NCBI RefSeq assembly: GCF_009914755.1
Contig: NC_060928.1
Direction: 5' to 3' (one strand)
From: the human T2T-CHM13v2.0 reference genome, Homo sapiens
DNA: 64,000 nt
This document shows positions 14,594 to 28,842 of the stretch, in pieces. A program made the position numbers and the translations under genes. The notes under the pieces are model-generated. The model worked only from the letters and a program-made list of their open reading frames with translations, ran no database searches and was not told where the DNA came from. Position 1 is the stretch's first letter; every line of letters starts with the position of its first letter.

Positions 14594-14822
14594 ATTTTTG
14601 AAGGCCAGCCAGTAAAATGGCCCAATGTGCCAGCCAGGCTTATGTGGCCTTGTTTTCAAATATACATATATGTGTTATCATTAAAATTCATATATGCATT
14701 TTTGTTTTAGCCTTCTTAATCTCTACCTATGGCCAAAAAAATTTTTTTTGAGAGATATTTTGTATAATACAATGCCCTTTGAAAGTGTAAGCCCACTCTA
14801 AGCCTAGATCAGTAGGCTTGGG

Positions 14823-15139
<317 letters not shown>

Positions 15140-15269
15140 AGAGGTTTTGTGTTTTTGTTTTTTTTTCATAAAATGCTTTTAATAAATCATATGAAGCATT
15201 CATGTTTTTACTTATACATATTTTCAGGGTACCAGTAAACTTTTTAGTTCAAAGATAGGCCAAATTGTA

Positions 15270-15579
15270 CTTTTTTTTTTTATGAGACAGAGTCTCGCTG
15301 CTCTGTCGCCCAGGCTAGAGTGCAGTGGCGTGATCTAGGCTCACTGCAAGCTCTGCCTCCTGGGTTTACTTACGCCATTCTCCCGCCTCAGCCTCCTGAG
15401 TAGCTGGGACTACAGGTGCCCGCCACCATGCCTGGCTAATTTTTTTTTTTTTTTTTTTTTTTTTAGAGACAGGGTTTCACCGTGTTAGCCAGGATGATCT
15501 CGATCTCCTGACCTCGTGATCCGCCCGCCTCGGCCTCCCAAAGTGCTGGGATTACAGGCATGAGCTACTGCGCCCTGCC
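15270..15579 (-). mobile_element. AluY
   Basis: Y diagnostics (gcaagctc, cacgccattc-like, gtgttagccaggatg); TSD gccaaattgta. Confidence 0.93.
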
Positions 15580-15867
15580 GCCAAATTGTAATCTTAAACA
15601 TATTATGTTGCATTCTAAATATGTATATTTATGCTTCTTGTTATTTATCCTCAGGATTTCTTCACACTTTATTACTTCATAAATACTCTTGAAAAAGCTT
15701 TCAGAAAGTGATTCTCTGACTTCAGATCAGAAACTGGCAATGGGAAGAATGTGCACTTAAACTTGATCACTGTAGATCTTTGAAAATTCCCAGAAAGACA
15801 AATCAGACAAGAAATACCTGATTATCAAAATAATGGGCTATACAGTTTTGTGGTGGCATACATTCCT

Positions 15868-16271
<404 letters not shown>

Positions 16272-16310
16272 TAAACCCACCTAGGGGACAAAGAATATTA
16301 CCACTTAGAA

Positions 16311-16510
16311 CTGTGTTGTCAAATACAATAACCACTAATTGTATCTGACCATTTTAATTAAATTAATTACAATTAAATAATATTTAAGAATTAGTTTATC
16401 AGACATATCAGCCACATTTCAAATGCTCAATAGCTACATGTGGCAAGGGTCTGCCACACTGGACAGAGTAGAAAACATTCCCATCATTCAGAAGGTTCTC
16501 TTGGACGCTG
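16311..16510 (-). mobile_element. MER3 (hAT-Charlie)
   Basis: agccacatttcaaatgctcaatagctacatgtggc and aacattcccatcattcagaaggttct. Confidence 0.8.
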
Positions 16511-17029
16511 CAGATCTGGAAAACAAGACTTCCATATTGAAATAAATACAACCTCAAAACTTTTATGCTCTGTGTTCCCTTTAGTTGTTATCTACATAGA
16601 AAATTATGAAACAAGAGAGGAACTTACCTTCTTCCCTATTAAATATATGGCTAAGGGCACAAGAAAATAAGAGGAAAACTTATCCTTCAGGGCCTAAACA
16701 AGGAAATGAAAGAAATCTCATTCCCAATAGAATAAAAACCAGAAGCTTGAAATGACTCTGGTGCAGGAGGCTGGGTGGTGGGGAGGAGGGTAGCAGTCTC
16801 AATCAACAAGTTTAGATATTAATAGCCACTCAAAGCCTTCAGCCCATATAACATGAAGTGACAACTGAGCTCTGCACATAATGCTCAAGCTCTATAATAA
16901 CCAACACTCTCAGCACAAGGGTAGACAAGAAAAGAAAAATCTCCTGCTGGCCAGGAAGACCACAAGGAGGCTTTCTGACTTGGCCTGTGCTTTTGATTTT
17001 TAAAACATTTTTTAAAAGAGGCCTCTCTG

Positions 17030-17354
<325 letters not shown>

Positions 17355-17587
17355 TTACCTGCCCATGGCTTTAGAATGATTTGAATTCACACTACCTTCA
17401 AATTCATGAAACCTCAAAACCTACAAATTAACCTAAAAACATGGAGCCAAGCTAAAAATGCCCTGGGGGTAACTAGCACTTGGACTAGTTACAGGAATGT
17501 AGCTTCGTCTCAGAGGATTCCAAAAGCTAATGCCTTGCTTACCAAGGGCTTGTAATCTCACAGGATGTGATGGGTGGGGCCTCAGAT

Positions 17588-18150
17588 CTGCTGATGGGAG
17601 CATAAATTGGTACAACCACTTTGGAAGGCAACTGGCTATCTAGCAAAGTTGAAGACCCTACAATCTAACAGTTCTCCTAGGTGCATATCCCAGAGCAAGT
17701 CTCACATTGATGCAGTGAGATAGTGAATAGGAAAGTTCATAGCACCATTATTTTTAAGTAGTAAGAACCCGGAAACAATCTAAATATCCATCAGTAATAG
17801 ATATATGTGATAGTCATACAATGGAATACTGTGGCAATAAAAAATAATTAGAGCTACATATGAAATAGGGATGAAACACGGATGAACAAAGAATGTTTTA
17901 GAGGAATATGATATTTAAAATTTGAAGCATGAAAAATATGTGTTTATGGGGGCACATATAGTGGAAGAATAAATGAATAGAAAAGAAAAGCACCAAATAC
18001 TGGTGAGGAATTTCCTCAGGGGAGAAAAGTTGAGCTGCTTCAATTGTGTCAGTAATGTTTCATATCTTAGGGTGGGTGATGGGAATATAGGTGCTGATTT
18101 AATATAGTCTGTACTTTTTGTGTACCTAAATATTTCGTGATAATTTTTAA
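17588..18150 (+). mobile_element. Ancient L1M (L1ME-like) 3' fragment
   Basis: taaattggtacaaccactttggaa, ggaaacaatctaaatatccatcagt, catacaatggaatact. Confidence 0.75.
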
Positions 18151-18726
18151 AAGATGGGCCTTAAACCAATACAGTCATATCATTTAACTCAATTCCATGA
18201 ATTTACAATGCAATCCACAGTGCCCACAACCCCATGTTTCTGGAAAATCAGGAGTATTGGGTACAATGGAATAAAATGCAAGAAGGCAAATAAGAGATCA
18301 GGCTTTTAGGACCTAGGAAACAAATAAAGAGGAATTTGTTGCTGAAAGTAATGTGTAGCTGACACTCTCATTACCTGACACAATGGGAGACATTATGTCT
18401 GGGAATAAGACATCTATTTCCATAGCACTGTAGTCCTGCAAAGGAGTTGGAAGTTACGAATTTTTAAAGATTTTAGAACATTATATCTTTAGTCTCTCAT
18501 AAGCCAATTATTTATATCTCCACATAGCCCATTATTACCATTGAAAAGGCATGCAATTCTTCTATTTGAAGCTTGTTCCCTTTTTACAAAAGTACTAGTA
18601 AAAATCTGAGTCATACAAAAGAGCAGGTCAGGTGTCACTAATAACAGTTTACCTCAGCTTCATCTCCATGAAGGTTTTACTTCTAATCCCAGAGTCTCAT
18701 GTTTATGTATTACAAGAGTGTATGAA

Positions 18727-18858
18727 AGCTGGGCGTGGTGGCACACACCAGTAGTCCCAGCTACTCGGTCGGGGGTTGAGGTGAGAGGATCGCTTGAACT
18801 CAGGAGTTTGAATCCAGCCTGGTCAATGTAGCGAGATCCTATCTCTTAAAAAAAAAAA
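18727..18858 (+). mobile_element. FLAM_A monomer
   Basis: Monomer with A tail; TSD agtgtatga. Confidence 0.88.
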
Positions 18859-19493
18859 GGGGGGGAAACAGTGTATGATCCTATTATTTGGGTTTGTGTG
18901 TGATCGAATACATGGTATATAGTTCATGGAAAATTTAAGCTCAGCAAGGAAAGAAAATGGCCAGCTTCCTGTCTTAGGAAGACAATTTACTTTTTGGCAT
19001 CTGTTTGGTTGAAAGTTTGCCTTTGATCCAGATTCTTTCGGATGTCAGGGATATTCACATTGACATGTCTTTTTAGTGTTCCAGGAGATTTTAGTTTGAA
19101 TAGTACAATTTTTTCTTCTTACAACAAAACTTAGAACGGCTTCTAACTTATTTCTTCATGGCCAAGAAACTACCCTAACTTATCTCGATAAATATTTAGT
19201 TCTGTCTTATTTCTAATGTGTAAAACAGGTTTTAAAAATAATATATAGATTTTGCATTTATAAAAAAAGATTTAATTTATAGAACCAAACTTGAACATAT
19301 GTTTAATTTAGCCTAATCAGAAGGTTACAGAAAAAGTTGCTGTAAAGATAGAATAAAAGTATTGTACTGGTCTGTTTTTACTGAAGTTCCAGAATGTGAG
19401 GTTATTAGAGTCTTGGCTTATTGTGTCATGTTTTCCTGAATGCTTCCTTTGAAGATGAGCACACACCAAAGCATCCTTTGATATTATGTATGG

Positions 19494-19499
19494 ATTAAA
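19494..19499 (+). terminator. Candidate distal polyadenylation signal ATTAAA (alternative AATAAA 19352-19357)
   Basis: Hexamer with TGTA just upstream and CA 15-17 nt downstream. Confidence 0.5.
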
Positions 19500-20659
19500 T
19501 TAACACTGCTTTCCAAATGTGGTCCACATAGAAATTCTAATGTTACAAATTTGCCTTTCTTCCTTGCATTTTCATTATAACAGTTGTGTGCACACATAGG
19601 CCTTTTGCCTAATGTCTTTATCAAATATACCCCTTACTCCAACAAATTTTTGCAGAAAGAGATGTTACAGGGTTTTGAGAGTCCTACAAAATCATATGGA
19701 AATTTGTAGACTCTTCTTTCAGGATTTAGTGATAAACATTTCTGGAAAGACGGTTAAGTGTCACACCCACACACAGCAAAACCCAAGGATATGAAAAGAA
19801 AAAAAAATAGAAACATAGAATTCATCTATGCTTAAAATAGGGAACAAATATAACACGTATTACAGGTTTCAATTTTACACCAACTTAAAAAGGATCTAGG
19901 AAGTTTTACACGTACTGTGCTTGACAACACATTCAGTGTGACAGGAAATACCTTGTTTACTTGGTTTCAATACACCATCAATTGTAAGCCTCACTATTTA
20001 AAAACATCTTTTTCTAGAAAAAAGATAAAGTACTATAATATTGATTTGCATGTTAATGGTATTACATCCTGATTCCAGAAGCATTAAAATGTGAACAACA
20101 TATATAATAAAAATCAATGAAATACAGTTAAATGCAAAGGAAATTAACATGTAATAATACATTCAAATATTTTATAATACACCCACAGCCATTAAAATAT
20201 TACTTGCACCCAACATAATTATAGGTAATAATGAAAATTGCGACAAGCAAATAGGAGAATTAAAGATACTGAATGCAGATTATTTTGGGGCCGTGAATAA
20301 TCACAAAGTGAAATATCCCAAATGAAAATAGCAGGGGAACTATGCCAAAAATGTGGGGTGAAGGGGAAGGCTGGGAGGAGGAGAGAAAACACCAAAAGAA
20401 AGCTGGGGTACATTTGGAAGAAGGAACATTTTCTGAGGAAAGAGGAAAAAAGTTTAGAATACAATGGCTTTGAAGTCTCAAAAAAAGTTAAGAAAACATG
20501 GATGATGTGATTCAGTAGATAAAATAATTGAGTCAGATTTAAACAGAATTAACAGAGCAAAGGAAAGGGACTAAGAAGAAAAATAATACTCTCATGTAGC
20601 CTTAGATTCAGAAATTCCACATTAAACCATTTATCATTCAGATATACATTCACAGTTAC

Positions 20660-21385
20660 AAAATGGTACGTATAAAATTTTTTCATTACAGCTTTGTTAA
20701 AAAGACAATTCAGTTATCTATCCATAAGGGCTATTTAAATAAAGTATGGTACATCCATATAATGGAACATTATGCTGCTATAAAAAAAGAAAAAATTATG
20801 ACCTAGTGTAGACATTATCTCCAAGATACAGTGGATCTGAATAATAACTAATAACACGTATGTTTAAACTCTGCAAATAGAGAATGCACATCATTTTATA
20901 CTCATGATACATGTAATTATAGGGTACATGCACACACGTATATAACAATGTATTTGCTAAAGTAGATATGGTGCAGAATGTACCCTATAACTACCATGAC
21001 ATAAAACTAATGTAGAAACAACAGTTACAACAAAAATCAACCAATTAAAAGCTCAAAAATAATTGTTAAGTGATTCCTTGAACAAAGAAGAAATCGAAAA
21101 CAAAATTGGAGAATATCTAGAAAATAATAATGAAAGTACTATATACAATCGGTGGGACACAATTAACATTCTACACAGAGGATAATTTGTACACCTGAAC
21201 ACTTTCCTTAATAGAATAAGATTAACTGAATTAAGCATTCTACTAAAAACTTATATTTAAAAAAAAAAAACTACAAAATTAATCTCAAAAAAATGTAAAA
21301 GCTGAAATCAATAAATTAAAAAACAGAAGTGGTCAGTCCAACAGCTCATTGTTTGAAGAACAAACTCTAAAACAAAACAAATTAA
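20660..21385 (+). mobile_element. Ancient L1M fragments (3' UTR piece then ORF2 relic)
   Basis: tatggtacatccatataatggaaca; aagaagaaatcgaaaacaaaattggagaatatctagaa...gtgggacaca. Confidence 0.65.
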
Positions 21386-21392
21386 TCTTTTT

Positions 21393-21893
21393 TGTGTTCG
21401 ACAGAATGATTATCCAAGTATGTCCATGTCCTAATCCTCAGAACCTATGCATGTGTTTGTTATGTAGCCTTCAGATGTCAAAAAGAACTTTGCAGAAGTG
21501 ATTACATTAAGGATCTTCATAGGAGAATAGCCTGAATTTTTCTAGTAGACCCAATGTAGTCACAAGGATCGTTATGAGGGAAAGATGGAGGCAAGAGAAT
21601 TGGTCAATGATGCAAAGGTCAGAGAGAGACATTTGAAGATGCTCCACAGCTGGATTTGAGGATGGAGAAAGGGCCACAAGCCAAAGAAAGCAGGTGGCCT
21701 CTGGAAGCTGGAAAAGGCAAGGAAAGGGATTCTTCCCTAATGCTTCTAAAACACAGCTCTACAAACATCTTGATTTCAGCCCCATTTTATAGACTCATTT
21801 CAGACTTCTGACCTCCAGAACTGTGAGATAATACATTTGTGTTTTAATCCACTAATTTGTGATATGTTACAGCAGAAATTGAAAATTGCTACA
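21393..21893 (+). mobile_element. MLT1D solo LTR
   Basis: TG...CA ends, ~500 bp; ggcctctggaagctggaaaaggcaagg and ttctgacctccagaactgtgag. Confidence 0.85.
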
Positions 21894-22904
21894 CTTTCTA
21901 GATTGCTTTTTAAAAGATAACAAAACCATCTATGGCATTTTGATATACTGATGACAATCAAGCTGAGAAAATCGAGAACACAATCCCATTCACAATAGCT
22001 ACAAAAAAAAAAAAAGTGAAATATCTAGGAAGATACTTAACCAAGAAGATGAAAATTCTCCACAAGGAAAACTACAAAACACTGATGAAAGAAATCATAG
22101 ATGATACAGACAGATGGGAAAAATGCCATATTCATAGATTGGAAGAATTAATATTGTGAAAATGACCATACTGCCCAAAGCAATCTACATATGCAATGCA
22201 ATCCCTATCAAAATACCAACATCATTTTTCACAGAATTATAACATCTTAAAATTCATATGTAACCAAAAAGGAGCCCAAATAGCCAAAGCAATCCTAAGC
22301 AAAAAGAACAAAGCTGCAGGCATCACATTATCTGACCTCAAACTATACTACAAAGTTATAGTAACCAAAACAGCATAGTATTGGTATAAAAACAAATCAA
22401 TGGAACAGAATAGAGAACTCAGAAATAAAGCCACATATCTTTGACAAAGCCAACAATCTTTGACAAAGCTGACAAAAACATACACTGGAGAAAGGACCAC
22501 CTTTTCAATAAATGGTGCTGGGAAAATTGGATTGCCATATGTGGAAGAATGAAATTGGACCCCTACCTCTCACCATATATGAAAACCAACTCAAGATGGA
22601 TCACGAACTTAAATGTAAGACCTGAAACTAAAAATATCAGAAGAAAACCTAGGGAAAATTGCTGGTCATTGGTCTAGTCAAATAATTCATGACTAAGACC
22701 TCAAAAGCACAAGCAACAAAAACAAAAATAGACATGGGACTTAAGTAAACTAAAAGGCTTCTGCAGCACAAAAGGACAGAGTGAACAAACATTCTGAAGA
22801 AAGGGAGAAAATATTTGCCAACTGTGTATCCAACAGGGAACTGATATCCAGAATTTGCAAGAATAACAACAGCAATGAAATAACCCCATTTAAAAGTGGG
22901 CAAA

Positions 22905-23642
22905 CTCATGGGAATATAAACTAGTATGGGAAACAGTGTGGAGATTCCTTAAGGAACTAAAGGTAGAACTACCATTTGATCCAGCAATCTCTCTACTGGG
23001 TATCTACCCAGAAGAAAAGAAGTCATTATACGAAAAAGATACTTGCTCATGCATGTAGCAGCACAATTCGCAATTGCAAAAATGTGGAATCAACCAAAAT
23101 GCCCATCAGTCAACGAGTGGATAAAGAAACTGTGGTGTGTGTGTGTGTGTATACATATATACACATATATATACACACATATATATATACATATATATAC
23201 ACACATATATATATACATATATATACACACATATATATATACATATATATACACACACACATATATATACAATGGAATACTGCTCAGCCATAAAAAGGAT
23301 TAAATTAATGGCATTCACAGCAACCTGGATGGGATTGGAGACTATTATTCTAAGTGAAGTAACTCAGGAATGGAAAACCAAACATCATATGTTCTCACTC
23401 ATAAGTGGGAGCTAAGCTATGAGGATGCAAAAATACAAGAATCACACAGTGGACTTTGGGAACTCAGGAGGAAAGGATGGGAAGCGGGTGAGCAATCAAA
23501 GACTACAAATTGGGTTCAGTGTATACTGCTCAGGAAATGGATGCACCAAAATCTCACAAATCACTAAAGAACTTACTCATGTAACCGAATACTGCCTGTT
23601 CCCCAAAAACCTGTGGAAATAAAAAATTTTAAAAATAAATAA
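22905..23642 (+). mobile_element. L1PB1 3' end nested in the older L1
   Basis: gggagctaagctatgaggatgcaaa...aagaacttactcatgtaacc; TSD aaaagtgggcaaa / aaaagtgagcaaa. Confidence 0.85.
23135..23271. repeat. Compound (GT)n(AT/AC)n microsatellite
   Basis: 137 nt of uninterrupted alternating purine-pyrimidine. Confidence 0.95.
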
Positions 23643-24521
23643 AAAAGTGAGCAAAGAACATGAATAGACATTTTTCGAAAAAAAGACACAGAAATGATCA
23701 ACAACCATATGAAAAAATGCTCAACACCACTAATCATCAGAGAACGCCAAATTAAAACCACAATGAGAAATCATCTTACCCCAGTCAGAATGGCTGTTAT
23801 TAAAAAGACAAAAAAAAAAGACATTGGTGAGGCTGCAGAGAAAAGGGAGTGCTTATACACTGTTGCTGAGAATATAAATTAGTATGTCTATGGAAAACAG
23901 TATGGAGATTTCTGAAAGAACTACCATTTGATCCTGCAGTCCCACTACTGGGTATATACTCAAAGGAAAGTATTCACGCATTACGTTCATAGCACTTGTT
24001 ATGTTCATAGCACTCATTATGTTCATAGCAGCACTATTCACAATAGCAAAGGTATGGAACCAACGTAAGTGTCCATCAACAGATGAGTGGATAAATAAAT
24101 TGTGGCATATATTTTACCATGGTATACTATTCAGCTATAAAAAAGATTGAAATATCTTTTGCAGCAACATGGATGGAACCGGAAGCTGTTATCTTAAGTG
24201 AAAACTCAGAAAGTCAAATACTGCATGTTCTCACTTCTAAGTGGGAGCTAAATAAAGCACACACATTGGAGACTTGGAAGTGTAGGAGGGTGGGAGGGAG
24301 TGAGGGATGGGAAATTACATAATTGGTACAATGTACACTATTCAGGTGATGTTTATACTAAAAGCCCAGACTTCAACACCAGGGGCAAATCCATGTAACA
24401 AAACTGCACTTACAGTCCCTAAATTTATACAAAAATAAAGACAATAAAACCACAAATAAAATTATTAGGAAGGAACCACATTTATGAAGGAAATAAAAAG
24501 TTTGGTTACCTATGCTAATAA

Positions 24522-24844
<323 letters not shown>

Positions 24845-24849
24845 TGAAA

Positions 24850-25320
24850 TTGATTTTTATATAGCTACTTCTCAAAACATCCTTCAGCACAGATGACTTC
24901 ATATGCAAAAATTTATTCAGATTTTCAACCCAGTCATTGTTATGCTATTTTAACTGTTGATGAGCATAAAGAAAAAGCAAGTTTTTTAGTTCTTGTTATG
25001 ACTAAAATGGTGCTAAGCCCCCCTTCAGTAGCTATGTATCAAAATCTCTAAAAGAAGGACCTAAAAAGTTATTACTCAAATCGAATGATCATTTAACATG
25101 AATAAATCAAAGTAGAAAACAATAAGTCAGTCTTGGAATTTAACATCCATTTCTCATTTTTTAAAAAAAGTAAGGATAACATTAACATGTTAAAAATAAT
25201 AGTCCTAAACCAATAGCTAATAACATAAATATCAGAAGCTAGAACAAAGTTCCATTACCACCACTTTTGTTCATCGTTTTTCTTTGAGCACCAGTCAATG
25301 AAGTCAAACCAGGGAATAGA
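24850..25320 (+). mobile_element. Ancient L1M ORF2 relic
   Basis: cagatgacttcat, atttaacatccatttctcatt, aaaccaatagctaataacata; highly diverged. Confidence 0.55.
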
Positions 25321-26246
25321 GTCAGAACCCCAAAATAAGTAACTGAGGGATTATGTAAATATGTCCCCATACCTAACTGTTATAACAAAATAAGGTCACA
25401 TTTCCTTTCATACTCAATTTATGTCTTTGAGTCTTTCTCCCACCAACAACCACAAGCCCCTTCTACCAATTTCACTTCCTCAAGTACTTTCCGGGACTCA
25501 GTCCCTGATTAGCGCTTTCAGTTTGTTAAGTATATGTTGGCAGGAGCTTAACACCTGCTCTCCACTGCCAACTTCACCCCCATTCCACATTCTTTCCCAA
25601 TCCAGTAAGCCACTCCGCATCCCCGGGCCCCTGGTGCTGCCTGCTAACAAGCTCCTCAAGGTCTGCCCACCATGAACATCATAATGTTATGGTGCTGAGT
25701 CATTTCATTCAATTGTCTCAAGCATTTTCATTGTAGAAAGAGATCTTTGTTTTTATTTTTTAATAACTAAAATTTACATTGACTTTTTAAACTAAGAATC
25801 TTTGCCTCCAAGATAAATTTTTTCTCTATCTTGAGAACAACAGTAAACAACATCAGGAAGTTTTAAAACTGCTTTTAGATTATCACGGTTCCAGAAATAA
25901 TGTATTTTGTATTTCAGTCTTAAAGGAGCATATTCCCTTTGCAAGCCCTGGAGTTCAGTAAGCTGGATTCTTAGCTAGTGTCTCCATAAAGTGGACACGG
26001 AAAGGAAGAGAATGTAGACACATCAAAAGGACGCCTCGTCAGTTGAGAAACAAGGCATTTTCAAGAAGCAGTAACAGAAGATCATGAGGATGAGCCAATC
26101 CAGTAAAGACCCTTGTATGTAGTTCTTAGTGGTTCATTAGCGACCTTTAAGGAAGCAGTATCAATGGGATAATGAATAAAGGGTAAATAGGGGTTGCACT
26201 ATGAGTTACATAATTTGTTTTTCAAAAATTGTTAATATAATAAGTG

Positions 26247-26600
26247 TGTCAGTTATTAAGTTCTCTTCTATCTCCAAATCCAAGCTTCTAAACTTTGCTT
26301 TGGGGTGCTAAAGCAGACACTAGACAAGCCATTTCTGCATTGCTGGCTGATGCCTTAATAGGCTGTGCCAACAGGAGAGGCGGAATTCAAGGATGGAGTA
26401 GGAAGGAGGAACTTGTTCCTCTTTGTTTCCTGCAGACCCCACGGGTCTTTCCTGCTTGTTTCCTAAGCATCCCCTGACCATGGTATTTTTTTCCCCTTTT
26501 TTACCCTGACAGTAGCAGTCCCTTCCCACAGCAACGACTGAATCCAACTTTTGCAAATCCAGCCTTACTGTGCTTTCCCTTCCCCCACGCATGCCAACAA
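26247..26600 (+). mobile_element. ERVL LTR fragment (LTR41/LTR33-like)
   Basis: Starts tgtcagttatt...ctccaaatcc; ccatttctgcattgctggctg, ggctgtgccaa, ctgaatccaa. Confidence 0.65.
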
Positions 26601-26604
26601 TGGG

Positions 26605-26760
26605 AGACAGAATGTTTGTGGGTGTGGATTCTAAAGGTATTAGACCAAGGTGGATTTAATGCAACGCTGGAATCAGCTGAATTTATTGATATACGTGCAT
26701 TCATCAGAGATTCTGGATTAAATGTTTTAGTTTGGATAGCTGCAAGTGGCTCTATTAGGT
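26605..26760 (+). pseudogene. ERV-L gag relic
   Basis: WVWILKVLDQGGFNATLESAEFIDIRAFIRDSGLNVL resembles ERV-L gag WEWILRVWDNGGRNIKLDQAEFIDMG..SRDSAFNV. Confidence 0.75.
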
Positions 26761-26883
26761 TACTTTTTAATTTACTTATTTACTTGTTTGTTGCTTATTT
26801 TTCCCCACTGCTGCATGTGGCCAGGGATTTTTATCTGTTTTATTTGCTGCTACATTTTGGCATCAGAATCACACCTGATATAC

Positions 26884-26955
26884 AGTACGTAATAAATATT
26901 TGTTAAAGGAATAAGTATAAAGGAATAAGTACGTAATAAATATTTGTTAAAGGAA
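26884..26955. repeat. Compound direct duplication in an L2 tail (28 bp x2)
   Basis: agtacgtaataaatatttgttaaaggaa at 26884-26911 and 26928-26955. Confidence 0.9.
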
Positions 26956-27128
26956 CACTATGCTGAAAGTAAAATTAGGGGAAATATTTACTTGGTCTGT
27001 TCTAGATTTCTAAAAGGCTTGCCAAATAATGTCATGCCACATTAACTATATGGCTGTAATAATTATTGCTGGTGATGATCTTAATATATATGTGCCCTTT
27101 TATTTTAGGAAGTACTTTGATGTATGTC

Positions 27129-27256
27129 AGGCTTAAAACCCAGATGACGGGTTGATGGGTGCAGCAAACCACCATGGCACATGTATACTTATGTAACAAA
27201 CCTGCATGTTCTGCACATGTATCCCAGAACTTAAAGTAAACGGAATAAAAAAGAAA
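27129..27256 (+). mobile_element. Very short L1PA (PA7/8-like) 3' end
   Basis: ggcttaaaacccagatgacgggttgatgggtgcagcaaaccaccatggcac...cagaacttaaagta. Confidence 0.88.
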
Positions 27257-27789
27257 GTAATTTGTTTCCTGCATTCATCAGTTGTTCAAATATTGCCTTT
27301 AAAACGTACATGGTCAAAAGTTGTTCTGAAGGCTCCCATGACATAAACAAATTAGAAACAAAAATATACTCGACAATATTCAGACTTGGAAGTAAGTTAT
27401 ATAAGCTGATTCCACCATAAGTATACATCTTTCTTTAATCCACCAGCCTCAAACAGTGCCTCCTACGTTGCCAAACACGTTGAACCTTTAGACTTCATCC
27501 AGTTTACAATAGAAAGCCAGCATAAGGTACTGAGTTCTACCATCTATGGCACTTCTCCCATTTCTAATCTCACGACATTCTTTTAGCTGATAGCATTTCT
27601 TTCCTCTCTCCAGGATGCCAGTTGTCAGTTTGGTATTCGCATGAAAGATCATGAGTTCACTTGGTTGATTGTCTGAAACTTGGGCTCAACAATGGCCTAT
27701 GTTTAATGAGACTGAGACCTCAGAGCTTTCCTGGCATAATGAAGACAAAGGATGCTAGCCCTAGATCCAGACCTAGTAAATGGCAGAGA

Positions 27790-28090
27790 CAGGAAAGATT
27801 ACAGGGTCCAGGGCCTCAGATGGGCTTGACCCTGGATAGGAGCACAAAGAAATTTCCTGTGGTTACAGTGGGAAAGGCAAGGTAGATGGTAATGGGGCAG
27901 ATGGAGAGCATTTGGCAGAAACATAGGACTGTTTTTCTCAACGAAATAGGAAGCAGAGCTCTCAGCTGAGTATAGGGATGAAAGAGGAGACTTTGGAGGT
28001 TTGAGAAGAGAGAGTGAATTGCCCACAAATGTGTAGGAAGGTGGCCAGGCAGCACTAAGGGCCCGCTGAGGTCAGTGGTCAGGAAATTAG
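27790..28090 (-). mobile_element. L2 ORF2-region fragment
   Basis: gggcttgaccctggataggagcac; gaaataggaagcagagctctcagctgag; ggaggtttgagaagagag. Confidence 0.6.
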
Positions 28091-28842
28091 GGCACAAAGA
28101 ATTTCCTGTCATTGATCAAATTCTTACATTTCATCTCAAATTCATGTCATTTTTTACAGTTTTCCTGAAACCAGTCCCAAATTTCATCCCCAATTTCCAT
28201 TATAAGTGAAGGAAAGTTATTTGGCCTCTATGCCAAATCTTAAAACATGACATTCTTTTTTCTTTGCATATTTCCAGAAAAATATTTCTGTGGCCTTCTC
28301 TGCTTCACCTCCTCCATTTAACTTCTCAGTAGGAGTTCTTCAGAAAAGTTGATGAGACTGAATGAGTGAATGGAAAAGAACCCATTGGCTGAGAGTCAAA
28401 GAAGGATGGTTTGCCATTCCAGCTGCTCCAACTAAGACTTCCGAGGTTCAGTCTAGAGAGAAATCAAGTCCTGTGTTTCCCAGGTTCACCTTGAACAAGT
28501 CACCACTTTATCCCTCCACATCACTCTCGTTTTAGCAATAAAATATCAAGTAAAAGCTAGGAGTTGGAGGAATCATTCAAACAGATATTAAAACGTTAGC
28601 ACACATTTTTAAACATTTCGTAAGTCACAAGGTCCCAACTTCTGTAAAATTTTGAGATTTGGGTAGGTTTTTGTTACAAAAAGTTGATGTACCTGAAAAC
28701 ATACTACAGTGATGTTTTAGCACAGAGCCGGGCTGTACTAACCCAAAGAATCATAAGGATTTTTCCAGAGGCTTTGGGTGTACTTCATACTTTTCACCCT
28801 CTTGGGGTGGGTTCGAGTTCATCATTGCAGAACCCACTAGCC

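Larger units (their letters stand above)
21940..24440 (+). mobile_element. 5'-truncated L1PB4-like element (3' ORF2 + 3' UTR), interrupted by L1PB1
   Basis: ORF2 peptides ([25 protein letters not shown]; FNKWCWENW); 3' end aaaagcccagacttca...gtaacaaaactgcactt. Confidence 0.85.

Noticed and set aside
22976-23415. Overlapping Y/I/H/T-rich ORFs
   Set aside because: Artefacts of the stop-free dinucleotide microsatellite in L1PB1.
28809-28820. Pol III B-box-like GGTTCGAGTTC
   Set aside because: No cloverleaf, A-box or terminator; no tRNA or ncRNA gene is supportable.
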